A DNA stretch of 64,000 bases, from NCBI RefSeq assembly GCF_009914755.1, contig NC_060926.1; one strand, given 5' to 3'. This document shows, one piece after another, positions 1 to 13,350 of this stretch (position 1 is the stretch's first letter; every line of letters starts with the position of its first letter). Origin of the DNA: the human T2T-CHM13v2.0 reference genome, Homo sapiens. The position numbers and the translations under genes were made by a program. Under the pieces are notes generated by a model that worked only from the letters and a program-made list of their open reading frames with translations, had not been told where the DNA came from and ran no database searches.

Positions 1-59
1 ATCACTTCCCTTGTAGCCCTCAAATGAATTCACAATCCTCCAGTGGAATTTCATTTTAT

Positions 60-785
<726 letters not shown>

Positions 786-843
786 TTCTGTTTGTCTATT
801 ATACCTTCATTTTGTGTCACAGAGGGAATTAAATGTCTTCCAA

Positions 844-1850
<1,007 letters not shown>

Positions 1851-3028
1851 TAAACTAGCATAGTATTTTGTCAATGTCTACACACTTTCTTAATCTGAAC
1901 TATAGTCATTAGTATTAATGTAAGAAATACCAATTTACTTCAGCCAGATGTCATGGAAAGAGTATCATATGGAATATGTTGACCTTTGAATTCTAGGTTT
2001 TGCTCTAACCCTATCTCATATCAGAATTTCATCTTTCCGAATTTGTTTAGTGATGTGAAAGGTGGTGGGATGGGTATTACATTCTGACAATGTTAATAAT
2101 CCAATGCTTCTGTAACTAATGCCATATATATGATGCTGGTAAAGGAACATTATCTAAATGATACAGGATTCACTTTCTTTTTCCTCTCCAAGTGTTTTTG
2201 CTATGATTCCAGCTAAATCAATTAAGACAAGTGGCTGTCTAACACAGTCTCCTTACTATCAAGGTAAACAAAACTTTACCTGTAGGGAAGTTTTCCCCCT
2301 AATGTTAAATTAGTTTGATATTTACAAGTATTTCCTAAGGTTCCATTTTGATAGAGATAATCACACTTTTTATAAAAGTTAAATCTATTCATTTTCTTTG
2401 TATGTGCTCACATGATAGTTAATTTAGCATCATGGACGGAGTGAGTTTAAATAGAGAATATCTGCCAGTTTGTAACCACAACCAGGATGGTGTGTGCCAC
2501 AAAATAAAAAGTAACAAGTTACTTTGAAAAGGATTTTCTTAACATAATATAAAATATTTCACCTTTCAAGTCACTTCACCTATATGTTAATTATTCTCTA
2601 AAAAATACAACAAATATTTATAAGACTTCACATAATCATACAAAAATTTTCTAATGTGAAAAGAAATCTAAATTACTTTTCAGACTTTGTGATACTTTTG
2701 TGGATGCTGATAAAAATGCCTCATATCTATGAATATAAGTTTCTCTCCTTAATACTGTTTCCATTGTAAGATATTTAATAAAATGGGATCGCTTATTGTC
2801 AAAGAAATTTAATTATTTTTTAGCATATCATGCAATTTACTAGCTTGTGAACATCAGACAAGGCCAAATAGTATATGAAAGTGCTGAGGAATTTGATTAT
2901 AAGTTGTTGAATATTGAAAAAGAATGTCCTGGAAAACAAAAAAATACAGTTATCACATTGTCCCTTCTCAGCCTAAAAACTACAAATTGCAAAGTACAAG
3001 ATTGAAACATAATAGGACTGTGCAATTG

Positions 3029-3350
<322 letters not shown>

Positions 3351-5289
3351 GCAATTGTCAATTTTTACAAACATATGTTGAAGGCCCTGCATATCAATGC
3401 TTTAGATTCTAGACTCAAACCTCACAGAGATGTACCAGCTTCTCATCCTGTTCCAATTTATATTTTCTATAACCATAGAGATTTCAAAAATTTTTTTCTT
3501 TGTTACCCATACTTTTCTTCCCTTCCCCCAATCTAAGGTTTCAAACCTGGCACTTGCTTGGTTAGCTATGATGAGTGGGGTGTGGTAAATCAAATGCAGA
3601 AAATTTCAAGAAGATTTATAAAAATGAGAATACTGCCTGCTGGTGGGGGTGTGCCTTCTGAAATGAGTTCAGCTGATGGTGGTGTAAACTAGTAGAACTC
3701 TTTTGAAAAGCAATCTGATATTCAGGATGTTATCAGGCTCTATAAATATTAATTCATTACCAATCATATTTCTTTTATACCTCATCCACTTCTTTCTGCC
3801 ACTGGGTTATCTTCAAGAATAATCCAAACATCATATCATTTCATCTGTAAAATTCAGTATTTCCTTTTTTAGACATAGATCCTACTTTTAAACTATAACC
3901 AAAATACCATTAATTCCACTCAGGAATCAAAATAAAGTCTTTAGTAGCCTCACAGAAACAGTAAGTGTTCACATTTCCCTTACTAGTGTGTACATCTCAT
4001 CTACTGCCTCCTCTCTTTCCTCTTATTTTTCTTTTTAAAATATTAATTGAATTTGGTTTCTGTATCTTTTAAATCATTTTAATCTATATTAACAGTTGTT
4101 ATAACTCTTGGCAATGGAATATGGATAATTTCTTCTGTTTTCATCTGCTTTTGTATTTACCTAATCTACAAATCAAATGAATTGATTTTAATCTTCCAAA
4201 AGGATTACAATATATTACATAAAAACAAATTACAATTTAACTAAAACTTCCAATTCAGCTAACAATGGAACAGTCAGCTTAGAAAAGCAAAATGTTTGGC
4301 ATTAGAGAATGAAAGAAATATGGTGATTACTGATTTTAAAAATATTTAATTGATTTATTTGTTGCAAGTAATTTAAAGTGATAGCTGGGCTACTCTGCCC
4401 TCTCCTCTTTTGTTCATCTCCCGTAGTATGTATTGACAACCTGTGAATTTCAATGAGCTTTCTTTTTCTCTCTTTCTGTTACCTACCACAATTAGCTTTC
4501 TAAATCTCTAGTGTGTTTAAGGAATTTACTTCAATTAACTTCGGTCAGGAGGCGATGTTGCACACTCTTCTGACATAGCCAGATATTGGGTTGCCCACAA
4601 CAATTCTATTTTTTAATAAGTAACCTGGGATAAAGAAAGACCTGAAAGAATGAAATACACTGATTAATAACCCATTTCCACTGTGTTTTCCCAATGTGTA
4701 TTTTCAGAGGAAAAGAGAGATTTAGGACTAAATTATGAGAAGAGTTTGCATATTTAAGTACCATCCAACAACATAAGAAAAAGCAAGTAGACAATCTCTG
4801 GTAATAGTTTTTAGTTTCTGTGGGGCTTCCCTGTTATTATTCCCTACCTGCAGTGAGGGCTAGATTTTAAGCCTATCAAATTCTCTATTCTAGATACCAC
4901 AGCCATCTTTATCAACTTCCCATGACATAAAACCACTCTGCAGCCCTTATTTTTCATTGAAAACATTCTGCAGAAGATTCTTTTACTATGAACTAATAAA
5001 AAAACGAGTCCCTGTTTTATACTTTTTGCTTATAGATATTGTTGCTCTTACAAGAGGCAAAATAAAAACATGTATAGTCTCCCTTTCATATCTTTCAATT
5101 ATCCTTCACCTTTTGTCAGAGCCTCTCTGCAAATATCCCATACCTTCAAGCTGTCTACCAAGTCCTATCAAGGGGCCTAGTAATCTTCTTTCTCCGCTGC
5201 CATCAAAATGATCTGTTCTATATCCATTTGTCTAACAGTATATCTTTTCAACTTAACAAATATTTTCATATTAGTGTGACTATTAGGTA

Positions 5290-5520
5290 TTATACACAAA
5301 CTCATTATTTATTGGGCATCTATTATTACCAGTTGGGATTTTGTGGTGTGTATTGCATGTTGTAATATTCACACAATTATTTCTAGTAATCCTCATCACT
5401 TTTGAGGAGAACATTTTTACCCTTCTACAGGTGAGATAACCAACGTTTAGAGGACTAAATAACTTGGCAAGGTTTACAAAAAACAATAGAGGGAGGTTTT
5501 GAAACCAGAACTGCCTGATC
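5290..5520 (-). mobile_element. MIR SINE
   Basis: Antisense MIR core (ctacaggtgagataacc...taaataacttggcaagg...ttgaaaccagaactgcctga). Confidence 0.7.
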
Positions 5521-8334
5521 ACAAACCCCATGATTTTTATCCCTGTCTTCCATTTCAAGCTTTTCATACTCTCAGAGGACATCACAGACTTTGGGAAAAA
5601 AAATCTGTCTTCTTTTATCTATGCATTCTTACAAGGTATAAAATGTCTTACATGTTCACGAATTTGGCAAGCAGAAAAACGCTGTTACAAATGCCAACTA
5701 CAGTTTCGCAGGATATTTGCAGATTTGGTAAATGGCAAAATTTAGCTTTTAGCACATTGAAAAGGGAACTCGGTATCATAGTCTATCTTCTGACATTCCA
5801 ACAAAAAAATAGGGAAGTGTATTTTTAGAATATAAACGTGTCCTTGCAATATGTTGCCAACAAACCTTTTTGAGTTAGATTTCAAAAATGCCCTATTGAA
5901 ATTTTAAAATTGCCCTACAATCTAACACTACGAAGACAAAGATTGAACTTAGTGGCTATTTGCTCAGCAGCAGTCACGTGTTATCAATGGGAAGTGGAGT
6001 ATTAAATTCTTTTTTAGTAGACACCTCTAAAGGTTGAATTTATTTTTTCACAGCTATAAGGATTAAGTTGTATCCTTTACTAAGCATGGAAATGTGATTA
6101 ATTTTAGTCAATACTCTGTTCACAAACTAAGTTTCTCTTCTGCATTATTTAACTGTCTGCCTAGTATAACAATGATGAACAACTATGATGATAAAACATA
6201 TTAAGAACAAAGACAACACAAGACAAATATTATCCCCTCTTCCTCATTGGTAGTGTGGTGATAAGAACAGGTAAAAGGTTACCGGGTAACCATTAATGGC
6301 AGTGCTGTGTCTTAATGCCCGAATATGAATTATGCAGCTTAATCTAGAGAAGTATTCATGTGAACGTCCTGGAAAAATAATGATAAGTTTAACAGAGAAA
6401 GTGGAAAAATTAATTATTGAATCTGTCTGCACCCATAAAGACCTCCCATCTAAACAATAAATATTTGAAGTTGCATTTTGACCTTTCTTACACCTTTCAC
6501 GTAGGTTTCCTTTCTTTTACAAAATGCTACAGAGAATGGAAGTGTTGTCAATTAAGTAAAAAGGGTGTTTGCATCAACCTTTTCATGTGTGGAATTTAAT
6601 GACATTTTAAGGTTAAAGTAAAAGTCAAACATCGATTTTTTTAGTGTCTTCTCCTAATGCAGCTAATGAATAGAGATTCCAATAAAAACCTTTTAATCCT
6701 TTTTAAACCTGCTACTATCAAAAGACTTATTTTATTGTATTTTATTTTTATTACCAAAGTTTTTTCTCCTACTGACAAAGATTTAGGACAGAAAAAAACA
6801 CCAAGTCAAGATGACCTAGGGAATTCAAATTCAGAACATCTTGAAAATACCGTGTTCTAAAATAAAGTTAATTGGATGAGTCGTATGTATGCATAAACCT
6901 TTTAGAAGCCACGATACTGGAAATTCAAAATTCAGGCAATTAGATTGGATGCTGATAATTTTCTAGATGACTGAAAAGATACTTAGATGTCTTTTACTTG
7001 AGCTACAAAGTCTAGTAAGGAAGATAATTATTTTTTCTACTTTATATTTTCTGTATTCTATAAAATTCAGAAAGATTAATATAATAAAGAATATTAGAAA
7101 GCCATTTGCAAAAAGAAGCTGATGTTTGCTAAACAAGGATCTGGCACCTCATACCAGAAAAAAAATTAATAAAGGGTGAAAGCTGGTATGATATTACAGC
7201 TTCATAGTTCACAGCCAGTTTGTATGCAGAGGGGAGCCTGCAAAATCCTTTGAACAAATTCAGAATATAGCAATCCTAATGCTTGAACAATCCATTAGAA
7301 ATCTAAAAATATCTCATCTTCTTCAGGTGAGTCACATGGACTCATACTTCTCACATGTAATGTCATCACATTTTTCTTTAGAAAATTGTGTTTACACTGA
7401 TTTTTCAATCTGTACACAAGGTTTGGTAATGTTCATAGTGGGCAGGTAGAATCATGTAAGGGCTCTCTTAATAAATGACATGCTTACTTCCATGACGTTT
7501 AAGTAGGAGAGCTATTGGTCTTTTATAGACAGAGTTAAATGCAATAAAAGCAAATGTCTCTTTCACAGTAATACCTTATGTGATTATTTGTTCTCTGTCT
7601 AGACTCAGAGGCAGGATTGTTTTCTAAATGTGAACTCACATTTGATTTTGTCATAAGCTTTCAGTAAAACACCATTTTAAGCCTTCAGTTAGTTCTCGTT
7701 TAGAATATGTTCATCTAAAACAGTTGACCTTTGTTTCTAGTTCTAAAATTACATATCCTTTGTTTTTAATTAAGTGTCAGAAAGCCAGAAGTACTAGTCA
7801 ATACAAACAAACAAAAAAGGATATTTTGTTGGACAACTTTTAGACATAAGTAAACTAGTTACTAGTACAACTAGTACTTTTAAACCTTAACAGGTACTCA
7901 GCTCCTCAGTAGAAAAAAGCAACTTTCTCAAGGGACTAATCAACAGATGAAGAAATTAAAGTACTCAAGATTTGGAAGACCATTGAAACGTGCTTCTGAA
8001 GACTGCATAAACTTGTGTCATTTTTGTTTTTTCCTCACATCTTCAGCAGTTTGTTCTTTTTGCTCAGTCCATCTTATAACAGGGAGAGATCTCATTTCAC
8101 TGACACCATAACATTATATCACCCACCCAATTCTTTCAAAATCTCGTCTACCCTGGGCCTTATTAGAATTCCTGAAGCCTTGCACGGACTGGAAGAACTA
8201 AAGATAGCATGCCAGCCTCATAGAGGAAAACAAGTGTATAAAAGACTTACTTTGGTAAAATGGGATTCTGAGATGTTGAAGAAAATCTCAAGAATCTTGG
8301 AATAATTCAGAGCAGAGAGATAGTTTTCAAAATG

Positions 8335-8990
8335 TTAATTTACTCACTAAACAAAGATTTATTTAACATCTACTATGTGCCTGACCCTCACTGGGTACTG
8401 GTAGGAAAAAGACAAACCAACTCAATCATGGACTCAGGAGCTTTCTGTTTGTTGAGATAGATGGACAATTGCAATATGCAATTTATGTTCTGATGGAACA
8501 TAGTGGAGGCACATTCTAATACATAGGAGAAATGATCACCGAAGGCTTTCCAGAATTGATAGCTAAGCTGAGTTCTGAATAGCAAATAGATATCAGTCCA
8601 TTTCTGATATGGGGGTGGGGCTTGAGTTGGGGAGTTGAGTAGAGTTAGGAGAGGGAATAGCATGTATGAAAACCTAGGAAATAGACAATGTGACATGCCT
8701 GAGGACTAGAGGTAATTCAGTTTGGTTGAATACCACAGGCCAAAAGAAAAAGTTATAATAAACAAGATTAGAGTGTTAAGTAGTGTTTTGGTAGGAAGCT
8801 TAAAAATTACCCTTTAGGAAATGGAGGGAATTATCAAAAGGTGTAAATAGGAAATGGTTTTGCTGGACTGAATTTTAGAAAAGGTAGTCTAAGGCAGTGG
8901 AGAGAATGGAGTAGAAGAAGAAACACTGGAGGGAAGTAGAGTATTTCCAAGGCTAGTGCAAGAATCAGAAGATGGATAGCTGAAGGCCTA
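8335..8990 (-). mobile_element. L2 fragment including 3' end
   Basis: Begins with the L2 terminal signature (ttactcactaaacaaagatttatttaacatctactatgtgcc), followed by purine-rich L2 body. Confidence 0.7.
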
Positions 8991-8993
8991 AAT

Positions 8994-9156
8994 CAATGTT
9001 TTTCAGTGTGGTCCCTGAATGTACAGCATTAACATCATCTAAAAACTTGCTGGAAATAGAAATTTTCAGACCCCACCCAGACATACTAAATTGAAACTAC
9101 AGATCTGTGTATTAACAAGCCCTCCAGGAGATTTTAATGCAAAGCAAAGTTTGATG
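8994..9156. mobile_element. MER5A/MER5A1 hAT-Charlie DNA transposon
   Basis: gtgtggtccc...cagcatt...aattttcagaccccacccagacatactaaatt...ttaacaagccctccagg...caaagtttga. Confidence 0.75.
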
Positions 9157-10217
9157 CTTAACTAAAATAGCTGCAATTAGAATAGAGAAAATGAATAGAG
9201 TTGAGATGCATCCAAAGGATTTCATCTCTCAAAGCCTCCAGTGACAATGTTTTTAAGTCAATGGCTTCTTTGTCTCTAACACAAAGTAAAATGAAATTAT
9301 TAAATCAATGTAATACTATGCCAATCTATGAGGTAGTTTTGTGGTATTAGCTTGCACCCAATTTAGCATTTATAATTACCTGTAACAATTTGTTGTCATA
9401 ATGAAACCACTGTGTATGCCTTTTCTTTGGTACACACAATGTGAACATTATTTTTTTGGACCTCTTTATACCTGTGTAAACTCTGTGGTTATCAGCATTA
9501 TGGAGCTACAAGAGCCTTTAAAACAAAGAGGTTTCATTTATCTGATTTAGTTATGAGGGGATTTCATATTCCTTCTCCACTATTCCACAAGGAAGTATGC
9601 ACTAAACCACAAGGATGACCTATCCAGACTAGAGAGCACATTTATTGGCTAATACCAAGCATGCAATTATACATATTCCCACATTACATGGTGCAATTAT
9701 TGGAAACTGTCACTGTACTTGATCCTTATTTTGAACTTGAAGTTGCTAGTTCTGTAAATACTAACAAACTTATAAATAAATCCCTGTTCATACAGTGATA
9801 AGAACTTGTTATGTACATCACATGCTTATTATGTCCACATATTTTGCCCAGGTAGGTTGGCCTGGATGAAATAGGTAGTTGTAGTGTAGGAGTCAAAAGA
9901 TATCAGTAAGTTCTGCCCCACAGTAATATGAACCACAATATAGATTGTAATAAACATGATTATTTAAGTATAGCTTTGCAATTTATGTTTAACTTTACAT
10001 ATATACTATCAAACTTACAAGGTGATGGAGGTTGAAATAAAATAACCTCCACTTCATGGATAGTTCTCAATGGGTTAGTAAAATCACAGTATTAGAGATT
10101 CATTCTTTTCAACTGAAATAATTTCTATTTCAAGCTCTGAAGAGCGTTAAAAGGATTAGTGCATTAAACATATAAATAAGTGATTAAGCTTTTTCATGAG
10201 CTCTAGATATGAATAAA

Positions 10218-10470
10218 GATAATGATGATGATGATAGCTGACATATATCTAGTATTAATTACATGCAAGTCAGTTTTTTGCCTTATATGTATTAAATCAT
10301 TTAATACTGCTAATAACTTTAGCCAGTAGATATTATTACCATTCTATTATTTAGAGGAAGAAAATGAAGGAGAGAGAATTTAAATAACTTGACAAAGTTT
10401 TCTGAGATTTTAAGCTTCAGAGCTGGATCAAACCTTGGTGGGCTATGTCCAATGCCCTCTGCTTAACCCT
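10218..10470 (-). mobile_element. MIR SINE
   Basis: gatagctgacat...attattaccatt...agaggaagaaaatgaaggagagagaatttaaataacttg. Confidence 0.65.
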
Positions 10471-10899
10471 GCTTCAAGATCGTACTGTAAAGCACTTGAG
10501 ATGTGCTGAGGGAGTGCGGCTCCTTCCACTTTTGGAAAACACATGAGGGTAAATTCTGAGGCAGTAAAGCCTGAGAAAATCAGGGTAGTCTACTGTGTCT
10601 GTGTATCTACATTTTGTCGTAGGGGGTTGGTTGTAGTAAACCAGAGAACAGAATGAGGTGAGAAGGCATGAAAGAATGAACTCTTTTAATTTGCTTTGTT
10701 AGCAAGCTTCTGCACTAAGTCCAAGATTATCAATGAATACAAACTAAATTCAGAATTTCTTCTTTACATAAATTTCCAATGCACACGAAAAAAGCCTCAT
10801 GTATTACTCCTCAATCATCTTTTCTCAAACAGGTCAATAAGATATCTCTGCTACTCCAGCTCTGAAAGAGCTAGGGTGTGCCCAGCTGTGAAAAAGTAC

Positions 10900-11100
10900 A
10901 AAGAGACTTGAATTTGGAGTTAAGAGATATATATTGAACACAAATTCTTTCATTAACTTGTTGTGAGATTGTGAAACTCAATTCACTTATCCTCTCAGTA
11001 TTTCAGTATGATGGGGATTTTTTTTTCACTAGGATGTTGTAAATGTTAAGTAAAATCTTACGTATAAATAGATAAGTAATTAATAAATACCAATAAGTAA
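10900..11100 (+). mobile_element. MIR SINE (degenerate)
   Basis: ttggagttaaga...cttgttgtgagatt...cacttatcctctcagtatttcagt. Confidence 0.55.
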
Positions 11101-11322
11101 TCTAATGATAAGCCATTGTGGTTAATTAACTATTAACTCCAAAAGAGATTTAATATAGTCACTCTGGATAGTTAAAAATGTCAAAAATGTAGAGGGTGGT
11201 AAAAGACAATTATCACTAACCTTATACTGAAATATCAAACTTGTAACTTGAAAGTTTGTCACGAATTTGCAGCCCTTGAGGGATAACAAGATGGAACACT
11301 GAATGACAGGTGCATTCACTTT

Positions 11323-11817
11323 TGTATTTCTTCTGTAAAACTTTACCCCACAGTTTGCAGTTTAAAACAACACAAGTTTGATAGTTCAAAGTTCTGTAGG
11401 TCAGAAGTCTGGGCCCAGTGTGACTGGGTTTTTATCTGTAGGCTTGACTGAAGGAAAGTCTTCTTTTAACCTCATTCAGTTCCTTACAGCTATAAAGCTA
11501 AGGTACCCATTTTTTTCATGGACAGTCAAGTGGTGCTCTCAGTTGCTCAAGCCCACTTGCATTTTCTGGCCATGTAGCCACCTCATCTTCAGTGTTGAAT
11601 TCCTCCACACTTCTGTTTTAAGGGCTCACTTGATTAGAGCAGACTTACCCATGATAATCTTCCCATGTTAATCTCAGTTGGTTTGGAAACTTAATGTCAT
11701 CTTCAAATATCTTCACTGCAGTACTTAGGTTAATGTTTGGTTATGTAACTAACTAAAGATATATGTGCATCAAGGAGAGGTAATCTTGGGGGGCCAATTC
11801 AAAGTTTTCCTACCACA
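11323..11817 (-). mobile_element. MLT1E-like MaLR solo LTR
   Basis: tgtatt start, ttaaaacaacacaagttt...gttctgtaggtcagaagtctggg, terminus cctaccaca. Confidence 0.75.
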
Positions 11818-12150
11818 GAGGTCATACAGTGCTTCCTATTTCTACAATACTCAATAAAAAACTTTTGGAATGTTCTGCTTGATCCAGTGACTTGAACTGT
11901 TCACCATCTCTGTCACTGTTCTATATGAAAACCTTATCTTACAGCTATTACTGATGGGTGACACTGTCCAAGTCCAAGAGAACTCGACAATCCTGAATCC
12001 AGAAAAAGGTCACAACACATGTTCTATTTGCATATTTTTATACCACTTAGCCTGCAGCTAGGATTCACTCTCAAATCCTGATTCTTTTTCTCACACAGCA
12101 CAGAAAAAATTAGAATTTGATCTAGTACACAGATGGGGTCAGAAACTAGG

Positions 12151-12518
12151 TGTATTTGTCCGTTTTCACACTGCTATAAAGAACTACCTGAGATGGGGTA
12201 ATTTATGAAGAAAAAAAGCTTTAATTAACTTACAGTTCCACATCGGTGAGGAGGCCTCAGGAAACTTACAAGCATGGTGGAAGGCAAAGGGGAAGCAAGA
12301 ACCTTCTTTACATGGCGGCAGCAGAGATAGATAGCAAGGGGGGGGAACTGTCAAACATCTTCCAACCATTAGATCTTGTGAGAACTCACTATCATGAGAA
12401 GAGCAATGGGAAAACCACCCCCATGATCTTATGACCTCGCGCCAGGTCCCTTTCTCAACATGTGGAGATTATAATTTGCAATGATATTTGGGTGAGGACA
12501 CAGAGCCACACCATATCA
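12151..12518 (-). mobile_element. THE1 (THE1C/THE1D) MaLR solo LTR
   Basis: Complete ~370-bp LTR, tgtatttgtccgttttcacactgctataaag...ggaggcctcaggaaacttaca...accatatca. Confidence 0.92.
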
Positions 12519-12794
12519 CTGTGTGATACTCAGAAGAATGTTTTTGGGGATTTAGATTTTAGGTAAGGACAGAAGGACAAGTTCAGAAATGATAGCTATC
12601 ATTTTCTTTCCCTGACTCATCACAAGGCATTAGCGTGTTCAGATTCAGGTGAAGATCAATACTCAGATAGAGATTACAACAAAATTTAATGTAAATGATG
12701 GTTCTATGATGATTCAATATCCTTCCCTTATAAATTTATACAGATGCTGACCTAGCAATAGATTAGCAGAATGTTTATTGAGGTCTTGTCCATG

Positions 12795-12955
12795 TACTAT
12801 GTGGATTCAAATTCCTGAAGAGAATTGTTAAAATGCAAATACTTTGTCTTCTCCAAACACTTGCCAAATCAGAATTTCTAAAGCAGAGATTCAACAATCA
12901 ATCGGCATTTCTAATAAGCTTCCCAGATAATTCTAATCTCCACTGGCTTGGAGAG
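12795..12955. mobile_element. MER5-family DNA transposon fragment
   Basis: ttgttaaaatgcaaat...aaatcagaatttct...gcatttctaataagcttcccagataattctaat. Confidence 0.6.
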
Positions 12956-13169
12956 TTGGGATTATTGAAAATATTTCTAATGCATTTTAATGTACTAATT
13001 ACAAATTCTGACTATTTAAGCCCTACAGAAAAATCCAGAAATATGTATTAAACCTCATATTTAGGCTCTGAATCATGTTTCCCGGTTTGGAAGGTATTTC
13101 AATGACTTAGTGTCTAGATCTTCTATAAAATAGCATGTCCTTCTGAGTCATCTTAAAGTGATGTTGTTA

Positions 13170-13350
13170 TCAATAACATTTTGAGCTAGGAGAGACTTTA
13201 TAAATTATCTAGACCAATTATTTTTTGTTTTACAGATAAGAAAAATGAGGCATGAAAAGTTTAAGTGACTTTTAAGTTTGAACTTTCGTCACCATTTAAA
13301 TGGTGACTTGAAAACAATGTACAAGATTTGATGTTCTGTGGTCTTTCCAG
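13170..13350 (-). mobile_element. MIR/MIR3 fragment
   Basis: ttttacagataagaaaaatgaggcatgaaaagtttaagtgactt. Confidence 0.6.
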
